Positions 11,441 through 21,473 of a DNA stretch of 32,000 nucleotides are shown here, piece by piece (positions within the stretch are counted from its first letter, which is position 1; the number at the start of each line of letters is the position of its first letter). Source of the DNA: Candidatus Saccharimonadota bacterium (GTDB lineage: Bacteria; Pseudomonadota; Gammaproteobacteria; Enterobacterales; Enterobacteriaceae). Made by a program: the position numbers and the translations under genes. The DNA is taken from assembly GCF_014857065.1 (NCBI RefSeq), contig NZ_CP046533.1, forward strand, positions 60,001 through 92,000, read 5' to 3'. The notes under the pieces are model-generated. The model made no database searches, had not been told where the DNA came from, and saw nothing but the letters and a program-made list of their open reading frames with translations.

Positions 11441-12529
11441 ATGAGAAATGTATTTAATTTTAGTGCTGGTCCAGCTATGTTACCTGCAGAAGTATTGCAG
11501 CAGGTACAGAAGGAGTTGTTGGACTGGCGGGGTATTGGTGCATCCATCATGGAAATTAGTCACCGCAGTCAAGATTTTATCGATGTAGCTCAAACTGCAG
11601 AAAATGATTTGCGAGAAATTTTAGACATACCGGTTTATTATAAAGTGTTGTTTTGTCAAGGAGGTGCTCGTGCACAATTTGCAGCAGTACCAATGAATCT
11701 TCTTAAAAATAAAGATCTTAGCGTTGATTACATTAATAGTGGTTATTGGTCATATCATGCTGCTAATGAAGCAAAAAAATATTGTAATCCACATATCGTT
11801 GATGTCACCACTGTTGTTAATGATTTGTACAAAATTCAACCGATGCGGGATTGGTCTTTGTCCGATGATAGTTTTTATATTCATTATTGTCCTAATGAAA
11901 CTATTGAAGGTTTGTCCATTGATGAAGATCCAAATTTTAAAACTTCTATTGTAATTGGAGATTTTTCTTCTACATTATTATCTCGTCCTTTGAATATTAG
12001 TAAATTTGGTATAATTTATGCTGCCGCGCAAAAAAATATTGGATTATCTGGATTGACGGTGGTTATTGTTCGTGAAGACTTATTAGGAAGTTATTGTAGA
12101 GAAGTACCATCAATTCTTAATTATCAATTATTAGCAAATAATAAGTCAATGTTTAATACTCCTCCTACTTTTTCCTGGTACATTGCAGGTTTGGTATTTA
12201 AATGGTTAAAAAAAAGAGGTGGTTTAGTGGTAATGAATAAACATAATAAGAATAAAGCTAGTTTGTTATATTCCACTATAGATAAAAGTGGTTTTTATTT
12301 TAATAATATTAGCCCTGAAAATCGTTCACTGATGAATGTACCTTTTAGGTTAATTAATAGTAAATTGGAAGATATGTTTTTAAAAGAAGCTCTAGATGCT
12401 GGTCTATATGCTCTAAAGGGACATAGGCTAGTTGGTGGTATAAGAGCATCATTGTATAATGCAATGCCTTTGAAGGGTGTACAAACTTTAGTGGAATTTA
12501 TGAATTGGTTTTCTGATAAATATGGATAA
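11441..12529 (+). CDS. serC: 3-phosphoserine/phosphohydroxythreonine aminotransferase
   Basis: 362 aa, colinear with E. coli SerC ([15 protein letters not shown]...SHRS..F......[17 protein letters not shown]...[18 protein letters not shown]...GGIRAS.YNAMP). Confidence 0.96.
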   Translation: MRNVFNFSAGPAMLPAEVLQQVQKELLDWRGIGASIMEISHRSQDFIDVAQTAENDLREILDIPVYYKVLFCQGGARAQFAAVPMNLLKNKDLSVDYINSGYWSYHAANEAKKYCNPHIVDVTTVVNDLYKIQPMRDWSLSDDSFYIHYCPNETIEGLSIDEDPNFKTSIVIGDFSSTLLSRPLNISKFGIIYAAAQKNIGLSGLTVVIVREDLLGSYCREVPSILNYQLLANNKSMFNTPPTFSWYIAGLVFKWLKKRGGLVVMNKHNKNKASLLYSTIDKSGFYFNNISPENRSLMNVPFRLINSKLEDMFLKEALDAGLYALKGHRLVGGIRASLYNAMPLKGVQTLVEFMNWFSDKYG

Positions 12530-12662
12530 ATTTTTAAATTAATTGAAATTTCTATTTTTTAAAATTTATTTTGTATTAAAATTTTTTAGCTGGTTCTATC
12601 TCTTTTAATTTTCTTCATATTTGGTTTTATAATTTTATTTAAAATAGATTCATAGGATATAA

Positions 12663-13946
12663 ATGCAAGATTTTATAACATTAGAACCTATTAAAAAAAT
12701 AAATGGAATTGTTCATTTACCTGGTTCGAAAAGTATTAGTAATAGGGTGCTATTATTAGCAGCCCAAGCCAAGGGTATTACTAAGTTGATAAATTTATTA
12801 GATAGTGACGATGTTCGTCATATGATTGGTGCTTTAAGACAATTAGGTGTAGTGTGTAATTTTTCATCGGATTCTAAAGTTTGTGATGTCATAGGAATTG
12901 GTGGCGCATTACAGACAAAATCAGATAAAAAAATTTTGTTTTTAGGTAATTCGGGAGTGTCTATCCGTTTTTTAACTGCTGCATTATGTTTACAAAATGA
13001 TGAGATAATTCTTACAGGGGATTTGCGTATGCAAGCACGACCTATTGGAGATCTTGTAGAAGCTCTACGTCAAGGAGGTAGTAAAATTAAATATATGCAG
13101 CAAGAGTATTATCCTCCGATACGTATATTAGGTGGATATTTCGGTGGATGTATTAACATTAATGGCAATATATCTAGTCAGTTTTTATCCGCTATGTTAA
13201 TGATGGCTCCGTTAGCAGATCAAGACAGTTTTATAAATGTTAATGGAATGTTAACATCTAAACCGTATGTAAATATGACTTTGTCTATTATGGAAAAATT
13301 TGGTATTAAAATTGACCATAAAGATTACCGATTTTTTTATGTTAAAGGAAGAAGATGTTATAATACTCCAGGTTATTATGAAATAGAAGGGGATGCTTCC
13401 AGCGCTTCATATTTTTTAGCAGCGGCAGCTATTCGTGGAGGTTCTGTAAAAGTAATCGGAGTAAATAAAAATAGTATTCAAGGAGATATATATTTTGCGA
13501 ATGTTTTAGAAAAAATGGGTGCAATTATTCAATGGGGGAAGGATTATATTGAATGTATTCGTGGGAATCTTAATGCTATTAATTTAGATGTGAATCATAT
13601 CCCAGATGTTGCTATGACCATTGCCATTGTTGCACTATTTGCTAAAGGTACTACAACATTACGGAATATTTATAATTGGAGAGTAAAAGAAAGTGATAGA
13701 TTAGCAGCTATGGCCACTGAATTGCGTAAAGTAGGTGCAGATGTTATTGAAGGTAATGATTATTTATCATTAACTCCTCCTATCAAAATTAGATCAGTGA
13801 AGATTGATACTTATAATGATCATCGTATTGCGATGTGTTTTTCCTTGTTAGCATTGTCGGATTCTAAAGTAACAATTCTTGGGCCAGAATGTGTCAAAAA
13901 AACCTTTCCGAATTTTTTTGAAGATTATTTACAACTAACTCGTTAG
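12663..13946 (+). CDS. aroA: 3-phosphoshikimate 1-carboxyvinyltransferase (EPSP synthase)
   Basis: 427 aa, the same length as E. coli AroA. The motifs [32 protein letters not shown] and [13 protein letters not shown] are present. The serC-aroA adjacency matches E. coli. Confidence 0.96.
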   Translation: MQDFITLEPIKKINGIVHLPGSKSISNRVLLLAAQAKGITKLINLLDSDDVRHMIGALRQLGVVCNFSSDSKVCDVIGIGGALQTKSDKKILFLGNSGVSIRFLTAALCLQNDEIILTGDLRMQARPIGDLVEALRQGGSKIKYMQQEYYPPIRILGGYFGGCININGNISSQFLSAMLMMAPLADQDSFINVNGMLTSKPYVNMTLSIMEKFGIKIDHKDYRFFYVKGRRCYNTPGYYEIEGDASSASYFLAAAAIRGGSVKVIGVNKNSIQGDIYFANVLEKMGAIIQWGKDYIECIRGNLNAINLDVNHIPDVAMTIAIVALFAKGTTTLRNIYNWRVKESDRLAAMATELRKVGADVIEGNDYLSLTPPIKIRSVKIDTYNDHRIAMCFSLLALSDSKVTILGPECVKKTFPNFFEDYLQLTR

Positions 13947-13974
13947 TTGTAAATTTATTTTTAATTTACTTTTG
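13931..13974 (+). terminator. candidate hairpins at the aroA 3' end
   Basis: acaactaa-ctcg-ttagttgt (8-bp stem) spans the aroA stop codon. It is followed by gtaaatt-tattttt-aatttac (7-bp AT stem) and then tttt. The stems are AT-rich and weak, so the call is tentative. Confidence 0.3.
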
Positions 13975-14059
13975 TAATTTTTATGATGAAGAAGATGTAA
14001 CAATTGAAATTTAATCTTAATTATTATTAATCGTTTGTTATTTTTAGGATTTTATTATT

Positions 14060-14737
14060 ATGGTAGCTTCACCAGTAATTACTATAGATGGACCAAGTGG
14101 ATCTGGAAAAGGAACATTAAGCAAAGCATTAGCAAGTCAGTTAAATTGGTCTATTTTGGATTCAGGAGCTATGTATCGAGCTTTAGCATTAGTTGCATTA
14201 CAGCAAAAAATAATTTTTAGTAATGAAAATCAATTAGCAAATCTTGCTGCTCGTTTAGACATACGTTTTATGGTAAATTTGAATAAGAGTAGTATTTTAT
14301 TATATGGAAAAGAGATTCAAAAAGATATTAGTAGCGAAAGTATTGGTGATTTAGCGTCTAGTATTGCTATTTTTCCAAAAGTGAGAGAAGTTTTGTTATA
14401 TCGACAACGTCTATTTCAGCTTCCTCCTGGTTTGATTGCAGATGGTCGGGATATGGGAACAGTAGTATTTCCGAAAGCTATTCTTAAATTTTTTCTCGAT
14501 GCTTCTTATGAAGAACGAGTGAAAAGAAGAACTTTACAGTTGCAGAAAAAAGGTTTTAATGTTAATTTGAATAAGCTTTTAGAAAATATGAAAAAACGTG
14601 ATGATCGTGATTCTAATCGTGTTATGTCGCCTTTGATTCCAGCAGTAGATGCCTTAGTGTTTAATTCTACTGGTCTTTCGACAGGCGAGTTAAAAAGTAT
14701 GTTCTTGATGCATATTAGGCGGGTTTTGATTTTATAA
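14060..14737 (+). CDS. cmk: (d)CMP kinase
   Basis: 225 aa. The sequences PVITIDGPSGSGKGTL, ...LDSGAMYRALAL, GLIADGRDMGTVVFP and RDDRDSNR are colinear with E. coli Cmk. Its position upstream of rpsA matches E. coli. Confidence 0.95.
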   Translation: MVASPVITIDGPSGSGKGTLSKALASQLNWSILDSGAMYRALALVALQQKIIFSNENQLANLAARLDIRFMVNLNKSSILLYGKEIQKDISSESIGDLASSIAIFPKVREVLLYRQRLFQLPPGLIADGRDMGTVVFPKAILKFFLDASYEERVKRRTLQLQKKGFNVNLNKLLENMKKRDDRDSNRVMSPLIPAVDALVFNSTGLSTGELKSMFLMHIRRVLIL

Positions 14738-14879
14738 ATTATAACTACGTAGATTGTTGATTTTTTTTGGAAAAGATAATTGAATTAAATATTATGAATG
14801 GTACAATGTGTATTTTGTTATGTGTTTATATGACTTGATGGCATGAGTGTGTTAATTCAAATTTTTGAAGATTATTAAG

Positions 14880-16556
14880 ATGACGGAATCATTTGCTAAA
14901 CTTTTTGAAGAATCTTTAAAGAAAATTAAGATTTGTCCTGGTTCTATTATTAGTGCTACTGTGATTGATATTACCAAAAATGTTGTTTTGGTAGATGCTG
15001 GTTTAAAATCTGAGTCTACTATACCTATTGACCAGTTTCAAAATTCCCAGGGAATTTTAGAAGTAAAGGTAGGAGATAAGGTTGATGTTGCGTTAGATGC
15101 TATAGAGGATGGTTTTGGCGAAACGTTATTGTCTCGTGAAAAAGCAAAGCGCTATGAAGCATGGACTGTATTAGAAAAAGCTTATAAAGAAGAAACTACT
15201 GTGGTAGGTATAATTAATGGTAGAGTAAAGGGTGGTTTTACTGTTGAATTGAATGGAGTACGCGCTTTTTTGCCTGGTTCTTTGGTTGATATTCGGCCTA
15301 TACATGATTCTTTTCATTTAGAAGGTAGAGAATGTGAATTTAAAGTAATTAAATTAGATCAGAAACGTAATAATATTGTAGTTTCTCGCCGCGCTGTTAT
15401 TGAATCTGAAAGTAATGCTGAACGAGACTATCTTTTAAACAAATTACAAGAAAATATGGAAATTAAAGGTATTGTAAAAAATTTAACTGATTATGGAGCT
15501 TTCATAGATCTTGGAGGTGTAGATGGTTTGTTACATATAACTGATATGGCGTGGCGAAGAGTTAAAAATCCTAATGAAATAGTTAATCTCGGTGATGAAG
15601 TTAACGTTAAAGTATTAAAATTTGATAGGGAACGTAATCGTGTTTCTTTAGGTTTAAAACAATTAGGTGAAGATCCATGGATCACTATTACGAAGCGTTA
15701 TCAAGAGGGTACTAAATTAATAGGACGAGTTACCAATTTAACTGATTATGGTTGTTTCATAGAAGTTGAAGGAGGAATTGAGGGGTTAGTGCATATTTCC
15801 GAAATGGATTGGACTAATAAAAATGTGCATCCATCTAAGATGGTTACTATTGGTGAATTTATTGAGGTTATGGTATTGGATATTGACAAGGAACGTCGTC
15901 GTATCTCTTTGGGTTTAAAACAGTGCAAGTTAAATCCGTGGAAAAAATTTGCTGAAACTCATAATAAGGGAGATCGTGTTGTAGGTAAAATAAAGTCAAT
16001 TACTGATTTTGGTATTTTTATTGGTCTTGACGGAGGCATTGATGGTCTAGTACATACGTCTGATATTTCTTGGAATAACTTAGATGAAGAGGATATATGT
16101 AAATATAAGAAAGGGGATGAAATAACTGCGATGGTTCTTCAAGTAGATGCAGACCGTGAACGTATTTCTTTAGGTTTAAAGCAATTATTAGATGATCCAT
16201 TAAATATTTATTTATCTTTAAATAAAAAGGGTTCCATTGTTGCTGGATTAATCAAGTCTGTTGATTTGAAAGGGGCTGTTGTTAAGTTAAAAGATGGTAT
16301 TGAAGGTTATTTACGACGACCTGAAATATCTTCAAACAATCAAGATATTACTAATATTTTTCATGTTGGTGCCTCAGTGAATGCGAAAGTTATTGGTGTT
16401 GATCGTAAGAATCGTTTAGTTAATTTATCTATAGATTTTTGTGATGAAAGTATTAATCTTAATCCTGTTAATGCTAATCTCAATCAACAAGAAGAAATTA
16501 TTCATTTTTCTAATACTATGATAGAAGCATTTAAAGCGGCAACTAAAAATGAATAA
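14880..16556 (+). CDS. rpsA: 30S ribosomal protein S1
   Basis: Begins [14 protein letters not shown], as in E. coli S1. Six S1-domain repeats are present and identity is high throughout. I chose the ATG at 14880; the ORF-track start at 14865 adds 5 non-homologous residues. Confidence 0.97.
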   Translation: MTESFAKLFEESLKKIKICPGSIISATVIDITKNVVLVDAGLKSESTIPIDQFQNSQGILEVKVGDKVDVALDAIEDGFGETLLSREKAKRYEAWTVLEKAYKEETTVVGIINGRVKGGFTVELNGVRAFLPGSLVDIRPIHDSFHLEGRECEFKVIKLDQKRNNIVVSRRAVIESESNAERDYLLNKLQENMEIKGIVKNLTDYGAFIDLGGVDGLLHITDMAWRRVKNPNEIVNLGDEVNVKVLKFDRERNRVSLGLKQLGEDPWITITKRYQEGTKLIGRVTNLTDYGCFIEVEGGIEGLVHISEMDWTNKNVHPSKMVTIGEFIEVMVLDIDKERRRISLGLKQCKLNPWKKFAETHNKGDRVVGKIKSITDFGIFIGLDGGIDGLVHTSDISWNNLDEEDICKYKKGDEITAMVLQVDADRERISLGLKQLLDDPLNIYLSLNKKGSIVAGLIKSVDLKGAVVKLKDGIEGYLRRPEISSNNQDITNIFHVGASVNAKVIGVDRKNRLVNLSIDFCDESINLNPVNANLNQQEEIIHFSNTMIEAFKAATKNE

Positions 16557-16791
16557 TTTTAAATTTATAAAATTTAATGATATTTATTAGATGTGTCTAA
16601 AATAATTATTATTATTTTTTATGGCATTTGAAAACTTTTTCTTTATTGTGTTTTTGTTTTTGTTCTTGTTATTATAATACTATTTTTGGTTAAGATATAG
16701 CAAAGAAGTGCATTCTATGTTTTGTCTAATTAAAACATAAGTCAAAATTTTTTATGTTAGAATTGTTAATTCTTTAATAGTTATAATTGTA

Positions 16792-18543
16792 ATGTTAAAA
16801 AATAATTCTTATTTTTCTACTTGGAAAATTTTTAGTCGTCTTTGGCCAATTATATCTCCTTTTAGAATAGGTCTATTAGTTGCCACAATTACCCTAATAT
16901 TAAATGCTGGTAGTGATACTTTAATGTTGTCACTACTTAAGCCTTTGCTTGACGATGGTTTTGGTAAGGCTAATAAAAATGTTTTTGTTTGGATGCCATT
17001 AGCAATAATTAGTCTTATGAGTATACGTGGTATTAGTGGTTTTATTTCTAATTATTGTATATCGTGGGTTTCTGGTAAAGTGGTTATGGAAATTCGTCGT
17101 CGATTATTCAGTCATATAATGGGTATGCCAGTATCATTTTTTTGTAAACAGTCTATCGGAGCATTGTTATCTCGTATAACTTATGATTCAGAACAAGTAG
17201 CTTCTTCTTCTTCCAGTGCATTGATTGTTATTATTCGCGAAGGGGCTTCCATTATTGGATTAGCTGTAATGATGTTTTATCATAGTTGGCAGTTGTCGTT
17301 AATAATATTTATAATAGCGCCAATTGTTTCCTTAGTTATAAAATTGGTTTCTAACAAATTTAGAAGAATTAGTAAAAAAATACAAACTACAATGGGGTTG
17401 TTAACTAGTAGCGCTGAACAAATGTTAAAGGGTCATAAAGAAGTATTGATTTTTGGTGGACAAAAAATAGAGAAGAAACATTTTAATTATGTTAGTAATT
17501 GTATGAGACAACAAAATATGAAGATGGTTGCTATTTCTTCAATTTTTGATCCCATTATTCAATTTATAGCTGCTTTAGCTTTGGTTTTTGTATTATATGT
17601 AGCTAGTATTCCAAAGATTATGGATATCTTAACTGCTGGGAGCATTACTGTAATTTTTTCATCGATGATAGTTCTAATGAAACCATTAAAATCTTTAACA
17701 AATGTTAACGCTCAGTTTCAAAAAGGTATGGCTGCTTGTCAAACTTTGTTTTCAATTCTCGATTTAAAAAATGAAGAAGATAGCGGTTTTTTAAATGTTG
17801 CTCGTGTACACGGAAATATTAGTTTTAAAAATGTCACTTTTTTTTATCCTGATAAAAATACTCCTTCTTTGTGTAATATTGATTTTAATATTTCCAGTGG
17901 ACATACTGTAGCATTAGTAGGTAAATCGGGGTCTGGAAAATCAACTATTGTCAATTTATTAGCTCGTTTTTATAACATATGTCAAGGAGAAATATTACTT
18001 GATGATGTCAATATAAATAAATATAAATTATCGTCATTACGTAATCAGATAGCATTTGTTTCTCAGGATGTTCATTTATTCAATGATACTATTGCTAATA
18101 ATATTGCTTATGCTTATAAAGATTGTTATGCCATTCGTAAATCTATAGAAGAAGTTGCATACATGGCTGGAGTAATGGATTTTGTTAGTCAAATGGAATA
18201 CGGATTAGATACAATAATAGGTGAAAATGGTGTGCTTTTATCTGGAGGACAACGTCAACGAATTGCAATTGCACGTGCATTGTTACGCAATTGTCCCATT
18301 TTAATTCTTGATGAAGCTACTTCTGCATTAGATTCTGAATCGGAAAAGGCCATCAAAAAAGTTTTTGATAGATTAAGAAATAATAAAACATTATTAATAA
18401 TTGCTCATAGATTTTCTACAATTGAAACAGCTGATAAAATTTTGGTAATAGAAAATGGCTACATTGTTGAACGCGGGACTCATGCATCTTTAATACGTCA
18501 TCAAGGAATATACGCTCAGTTACACAAATTACAATTTAATTGA
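16792..18543 (+). CDS. msbA: lipid A export ABC transporter permease/ATPase MsbA
   Basis: 583 aa, colinear with E. coli MsbA (LSLLKPLLDDGFGK, ISWVSGKVVM..RRRLF.H.MGMPVSFF). Walker A GKSGSGKST, signature LSGGQRQRIAIARA and Walker B ILILDEATSALD are present. Confidence 0.95.
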   Translation: MLKNNSYFSTWKIFSRLWPIISPFRIGLLVATITLILNAGSDTLMLSLLKPLLDDGFGKANKNVFVWMPLAIISLMSIRGISGFISNYCISWVSGKVVMEIRRRLFSHIMGMPVSFFCKQSIGALLSRITYDSEQVASSSSSALIVIIREGASIIGLAVMMFYHSWQLSLIIFIIAPIVSLVIKLVSNKFRRISKKIQTTMGLLTSSAEQMLKGHKEVLIFGGQKIEKKHFNYVSNCMRQQNMKMVAISSIFDPIIQFIAALALVFVLYVASIPKIMDILTAGSITVIFSSMIVLMKPLKSLTNVNAQFQKGMAACQTLFSILDLKNEEDSGFLNVARVHGNISFKNVTFFYPDKNTPSLCNIDFNISSGHTVALVGKSGSGKSTIVNLLARFYNICQGEILLDDVNINKYKLSSLRNQIAFVSQDVHLFNDTIANNIAYAYKDCYAIRKSIEEVAYMAGVMDFVSQMEYGLDTIIGENGVLLSGGQRQRIAIARALLRNCPILILDEATSALDSESEKAIKKVFDRLRNNKTLLIIAHRFSTIETADKILVIENGYIVERGTHASLIRHQGIYAQLHKLQFN

Positions 18544-19541
18544 TGTTTTCTCGTATTTGGTACAGTATTTCATTATATCATTTATTATTGTTACCTTTTT
18601 CTTTAGTATATGGTTTAATAAGTAGTGTTATTAGATTTAGTTATCATTGCGGTTTATTTAAATCAAATAAATTTCCATTACCGATAGTTGTAATAGGCAA
18701 TTTAACAGTTGGAGGCAATGGTAAAACACCAATGGTAATATGGTTAGTTGAACGATTGCAACATCGCGGTTGGTTGGTAGGAGTCGTTTCTAGGGGTTAT
18801 GGTGGACGATCTAAGAGATATCCTATTATTCTAAATGAATTAAGTAACAGTGACGAATGTGGTGATGAACCCCTTTTAATTTGGCAACGTACTAGAGCTC
18901 CTGTTGCTGTTTCACCTAATAGGTCGGATGCTGTAGCTGCGTTATTACGTCAATTTGAGTTGGATATTATTATAAGTGATGATGGACTACAACATTATGC
19001 TTTAGCAAGGGATATTGAATGGGTTATGGTTGCTCAGCGTCGTTTTGGTAATGGTTTATGGTTACCAGCAGGCCCTATGCGCGAACGAGCTACGCGGTTA
19101 AGTTCAGTTCATGAAATCATTGTTAATGGTGAAAAAATTAAATCAGGTGAAATTTCTATGAAATTATACCCTAGCATGGCTGTTAATTTATTAAATGGTG
19201 AACGTTGTGAATTGAAAACTTTGCGTAAAGTGATAGCTATGGCAGGTATTGGTTATCCGGAACAATTTTTTTCTACTTTACATTCAAGTGGAATAATACC
19301 TATAAAAGAAATAATTTTTACTGATCATGCATTGTATTGTGAAAAGATTCTTTCTTCTTTAGTAATGTATGATCAAATATTATTAATGACTGAAAAAGAT
19401 GCAGTAAAATGTCGTAAGTTTGCTCATTTTAATTGGTGGTATTTACAAGTAGATGTATTTTTATCTCAAGATGCTGAAAATAAATTGTTACTAAGAGTAG
19501 AAAATAATATATATAAATATCGTATTGCAGCGTTAAAATGA
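18543..19541 (+). CDS. lpxK: tetraacyldisaccharide 4'-kinase
   Basis: The motifs [48 protein letters not shown] and MTEKDAVKC are colinear with E. coli LpxK. The ATG at 18543 overlaps the msbA TGA stop by 1 nt (TGATG), suggesting translational coupling. An alternative TTG lies at 18540. Confidence 0.93.
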   Translation: MFSRIWYSISLYHLLLLPFSLVYGLISSVIRFSYHCGLFKSNKFPLPIVVIGNLTVGGNGKTPMVIWLVERLQHRGWLVGVVSRGYGGRSKRYPIILNELSNSDECGDEPLLIWQRTRAPVAVSPNRSDAVAALLRQFELDIIISDDGLQHYALARDIEWVMVAQRRFGNGLWLPAGPMRERATRLSSVHEIIVNGEKIKSGEISMKLYPSMAVNLLNGERCELKTLRKVIAMAGIGYPEQFFSTLHSSGIIPIKEIIFTDHALYCEKILSSLVMYDQILLMTEKDAVKCRKFAHFNWWYLQVDVFLSQDAENKLLLRVENNIYKYRIAALK

Positions 19542-19635
19542 TGGATTGTATTTAATTAGATATAATTTTGAATTTTGGTATAATATAAATTTGATTTCCA
19601 ATCATGAGTCTTATTCAAAGTATAGAGGAAAGAAA

Positions 19636-19806
19636 ATGGATCGTCGTTTATTATCAATTATTGTTTGCCCAGTTTGTAATAGTAAGTTGTTTCTTGATAA
19701 AGAAAAACAAGAGTTAATTTGTAAAGTTGATTTATTAGGGTTTCCTATACGAAATGGAATTCCAATTCTTTTAGAAAAAGAAGCTCGAAGAATTTCTTAT
19801 TATTAA
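19636..19806 (+). CDS. ycaR: Trm112-family small protein YcaR (UPF0434)
   Basis: [51 protein letters not shown] matches E. coli YcaR (MDHRLLEIIACPVCNGKL...QELICK.D.LAFP.RDGIPVLLE.EAR). A GAGGAA Shine-Dalgarno sequence lies upstream. The gene sits directly upstream of kdsB, as in E. coli. The ORF-track start at 19546 adds 30 non-homologous residues. Confidence 0.88.
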   Translation: MDRRLLSIIVCPVCNSKLFLDKEKQELICKVDLLGFPIRNGIPILLEKEARRISYY

Positions 19807-19815
19807 CTTACGCTG

Positions 19816-20586
19816 ATGAATTTTGTTGTTGTAATTCCTGCTAGACTTGCTTCTCGAAGATTACCAAATAAATTGTTAATGGATATTCATGGTAAACCTA
19901 TGATATCTTACACAGTAGAATCAGCTTTAGCATCTGGTGCTGATCAGGTTATCGTAGCCACTGATCATTTAAGTATTGTAAAAGCAATCAAATATTTACA
20001 ATTGAATAGCGAAACATATTTAACCAAAGGAAGTTATAGGTCTGGTACTGAACGTATAAAAGAAGTAATTGATTATTATGGATTTGATGATGATCAAATC
20101 ATTATTAATGTTCAAGGTGATGAACCTTTAATGCCATCTAAAGTTATTCATCAATTGGCAAATAGTTTACATGATAATAAAATTAAAATAGCTACAGCGG
20201 CAGTACCTATGACTTCGATGATGGAAGCTCGTAATGTTAATGTTGTTAAAGTTGTTTTGGATATTAACAATTACGCTCTTTATTTTTCTCGAGCAATTAT
20301 TCCATATGATTTTAAATGTAATATTGTAAATAATGTTTGTAATACTAATATTAAGTTATTGCGTCATATGGGAATATATTCTTATCGCGTTCATTCTATT
20401 CATAGTTATGTACAATGGAATGCTAGTCCATTAGAAGAAATTGAATCTCTTGAACAATTAAGAGTTCTTTGGTATGGAGGGAAAATATATACTGTGATAT
20501 TTAATGATGTATTTAATATTAGCGTAAATTCTATTGATGATTTAAATAAAGTTAGACTATTTATAAAAGAAAAAATTGATAATTAA
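19816..20586 (+). CDS. kdsB: 3-deoxy-manno-octulosonate cytidylyltransferase (CMP-Kdo synthetase)
   Basis: The motifs FVVVIPAR.AS.RLP.K.L.DI.GKPMI, SGTERI.EV, INVQGDEPLMP, YALYFSRA.IP and LEQLRVLWYG are colinear with E. coli KdsB. Confidence 0.95.
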   Translation: MNFVVVIPARLASRRLPNKLLMDIHGKPMISYTVESALASGADQVIVATDHLSIVKAIKYLQLNSETYLTKGSYRSGTERIKEVIDYYGFDDDQIIINVQGDEPLMPSKVIHQLANSLHDNKIKIATAAVPMTSMMEARNVNVVKVVLDINNYALYFSRAIIPYDFKCNIVNNVCNTNIKLLRHMGIYSYRVHSIHSYVQWNASPLEEIESLEQLRVLWYGGKIYTVIFNDVFNISVNSIDDLNKVRLFIKEKIDN

Positions 20587-20743
20587 TTGGCTAATTGTGT
20601 TTATATTTTGAATTTGAAGATATTGAGTGGGTTGTTATAAAATTTTCGTAATAGAATGTATTTATGATTTTTGTCATAAATTGATAATATCCATTTGTTT
20701 TGTTTTTTTTTAATAAAATTTTGTGGTTTACTAAAAGATAAGC

Positions 20744-21334
20744 ATGTTACAACAATCAAGATTAATAGTCGGTATATCTGGTGCCTCGGGAGCTATATAT
20801 GGAGTACGATTATTAACTTTTCTACGTAAATGCAATATTGAATCACATCTTGTTGTTAGCAGGGCTGGTTGGGTAACTCTACAACAAGAATTAGGCATTG
20901 ATAAGAATATTTTATATGAACAAGCTGATGTAGTGTATTCTCCTCAAGATATTGGAGCTGTTATAGCTAGCGGATCGTTTTTTAATATGGGCATGTTAAT
21001 TGCTCCATGTTCTATACGTACTATGTCTGAAATAAATACAGGAATAACATCAACGTTGATGAGTAGAGTTGCAGATGTAATATTAAAAGAAAAACGTAAA
21101 CTTGTTTTAATGATTAGAGAAACTCCATTACATCTTGGTCATTTACGAACAATGACTACTTTAACAGAAATGGGTGCTGTCATTATGCCACCAGTTCCTG
21201 CCTTTTATACTCATCCTAAATCTATTAATGATATGGTAGACTATACAATAAGTCGAGCTCTCAATATCTTTGGTATTTTTACAAAACTTTCTTCTTCTTG
21301 GTTAGGGATGAAAAATAAGAAACATTATTTTTAA
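20744..21334 (+). CDS. ubiX: flavin prenyltransferase UbiX
   Basis: The sequence RLIVGISGASGAIYGVRLL......IE.HLV.S.A.....Q.E, followed by LKE.R.LVL..RETPLHLGHLR.M....E.GAVIMPPVPAFY, is colinear with E. coli UbiX. The gene is not in its E. coli genomic context. Confidence 0.9.
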   Translation: MLQQSRLIVGISGASGAIYGVRLLTFLRKCNIESHLVVSRAGWVTLQQELGIDKNILYEQADVVYSPQDIGAVIASGSFFNMGMLIAPCSIRTMSEINTGITSTLMSRVADVILKEKRKLVLMIRETPLHLGHLRTMTTLTEMGAVIMPPVPAFYTHPKSINDMVDYTISRALNIFGIFTKLSSSWLGMKNKKHYF

Positions 21335-21473
21335 ATACTAAGTTAGTGATAACTTTCTCTATTACACGTATTTGTTTAATTCGGTAACAGAAACACAGAT
21401 CATAATTAATTCTTTCATTTTCTTATTTTTATATATTTTATATAAAATAGTATAAATATTTATAAGTTCAGAA

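Noticed and set aside
15491-15928. Two antisense ORFs within rpsA (15491-15685 and 15746-15928) have similar predicted peptides (..CFKPKE.R.RSLS..NT.T..SP..), which suggests a repeated hidden gene.
   Set aside because: Their similarity simply mirrors the tandem S1-domain repeats of rpsA read on the opposite strand. There is no independent start or RBS context, and they lie fully inside a highly conserved gene.
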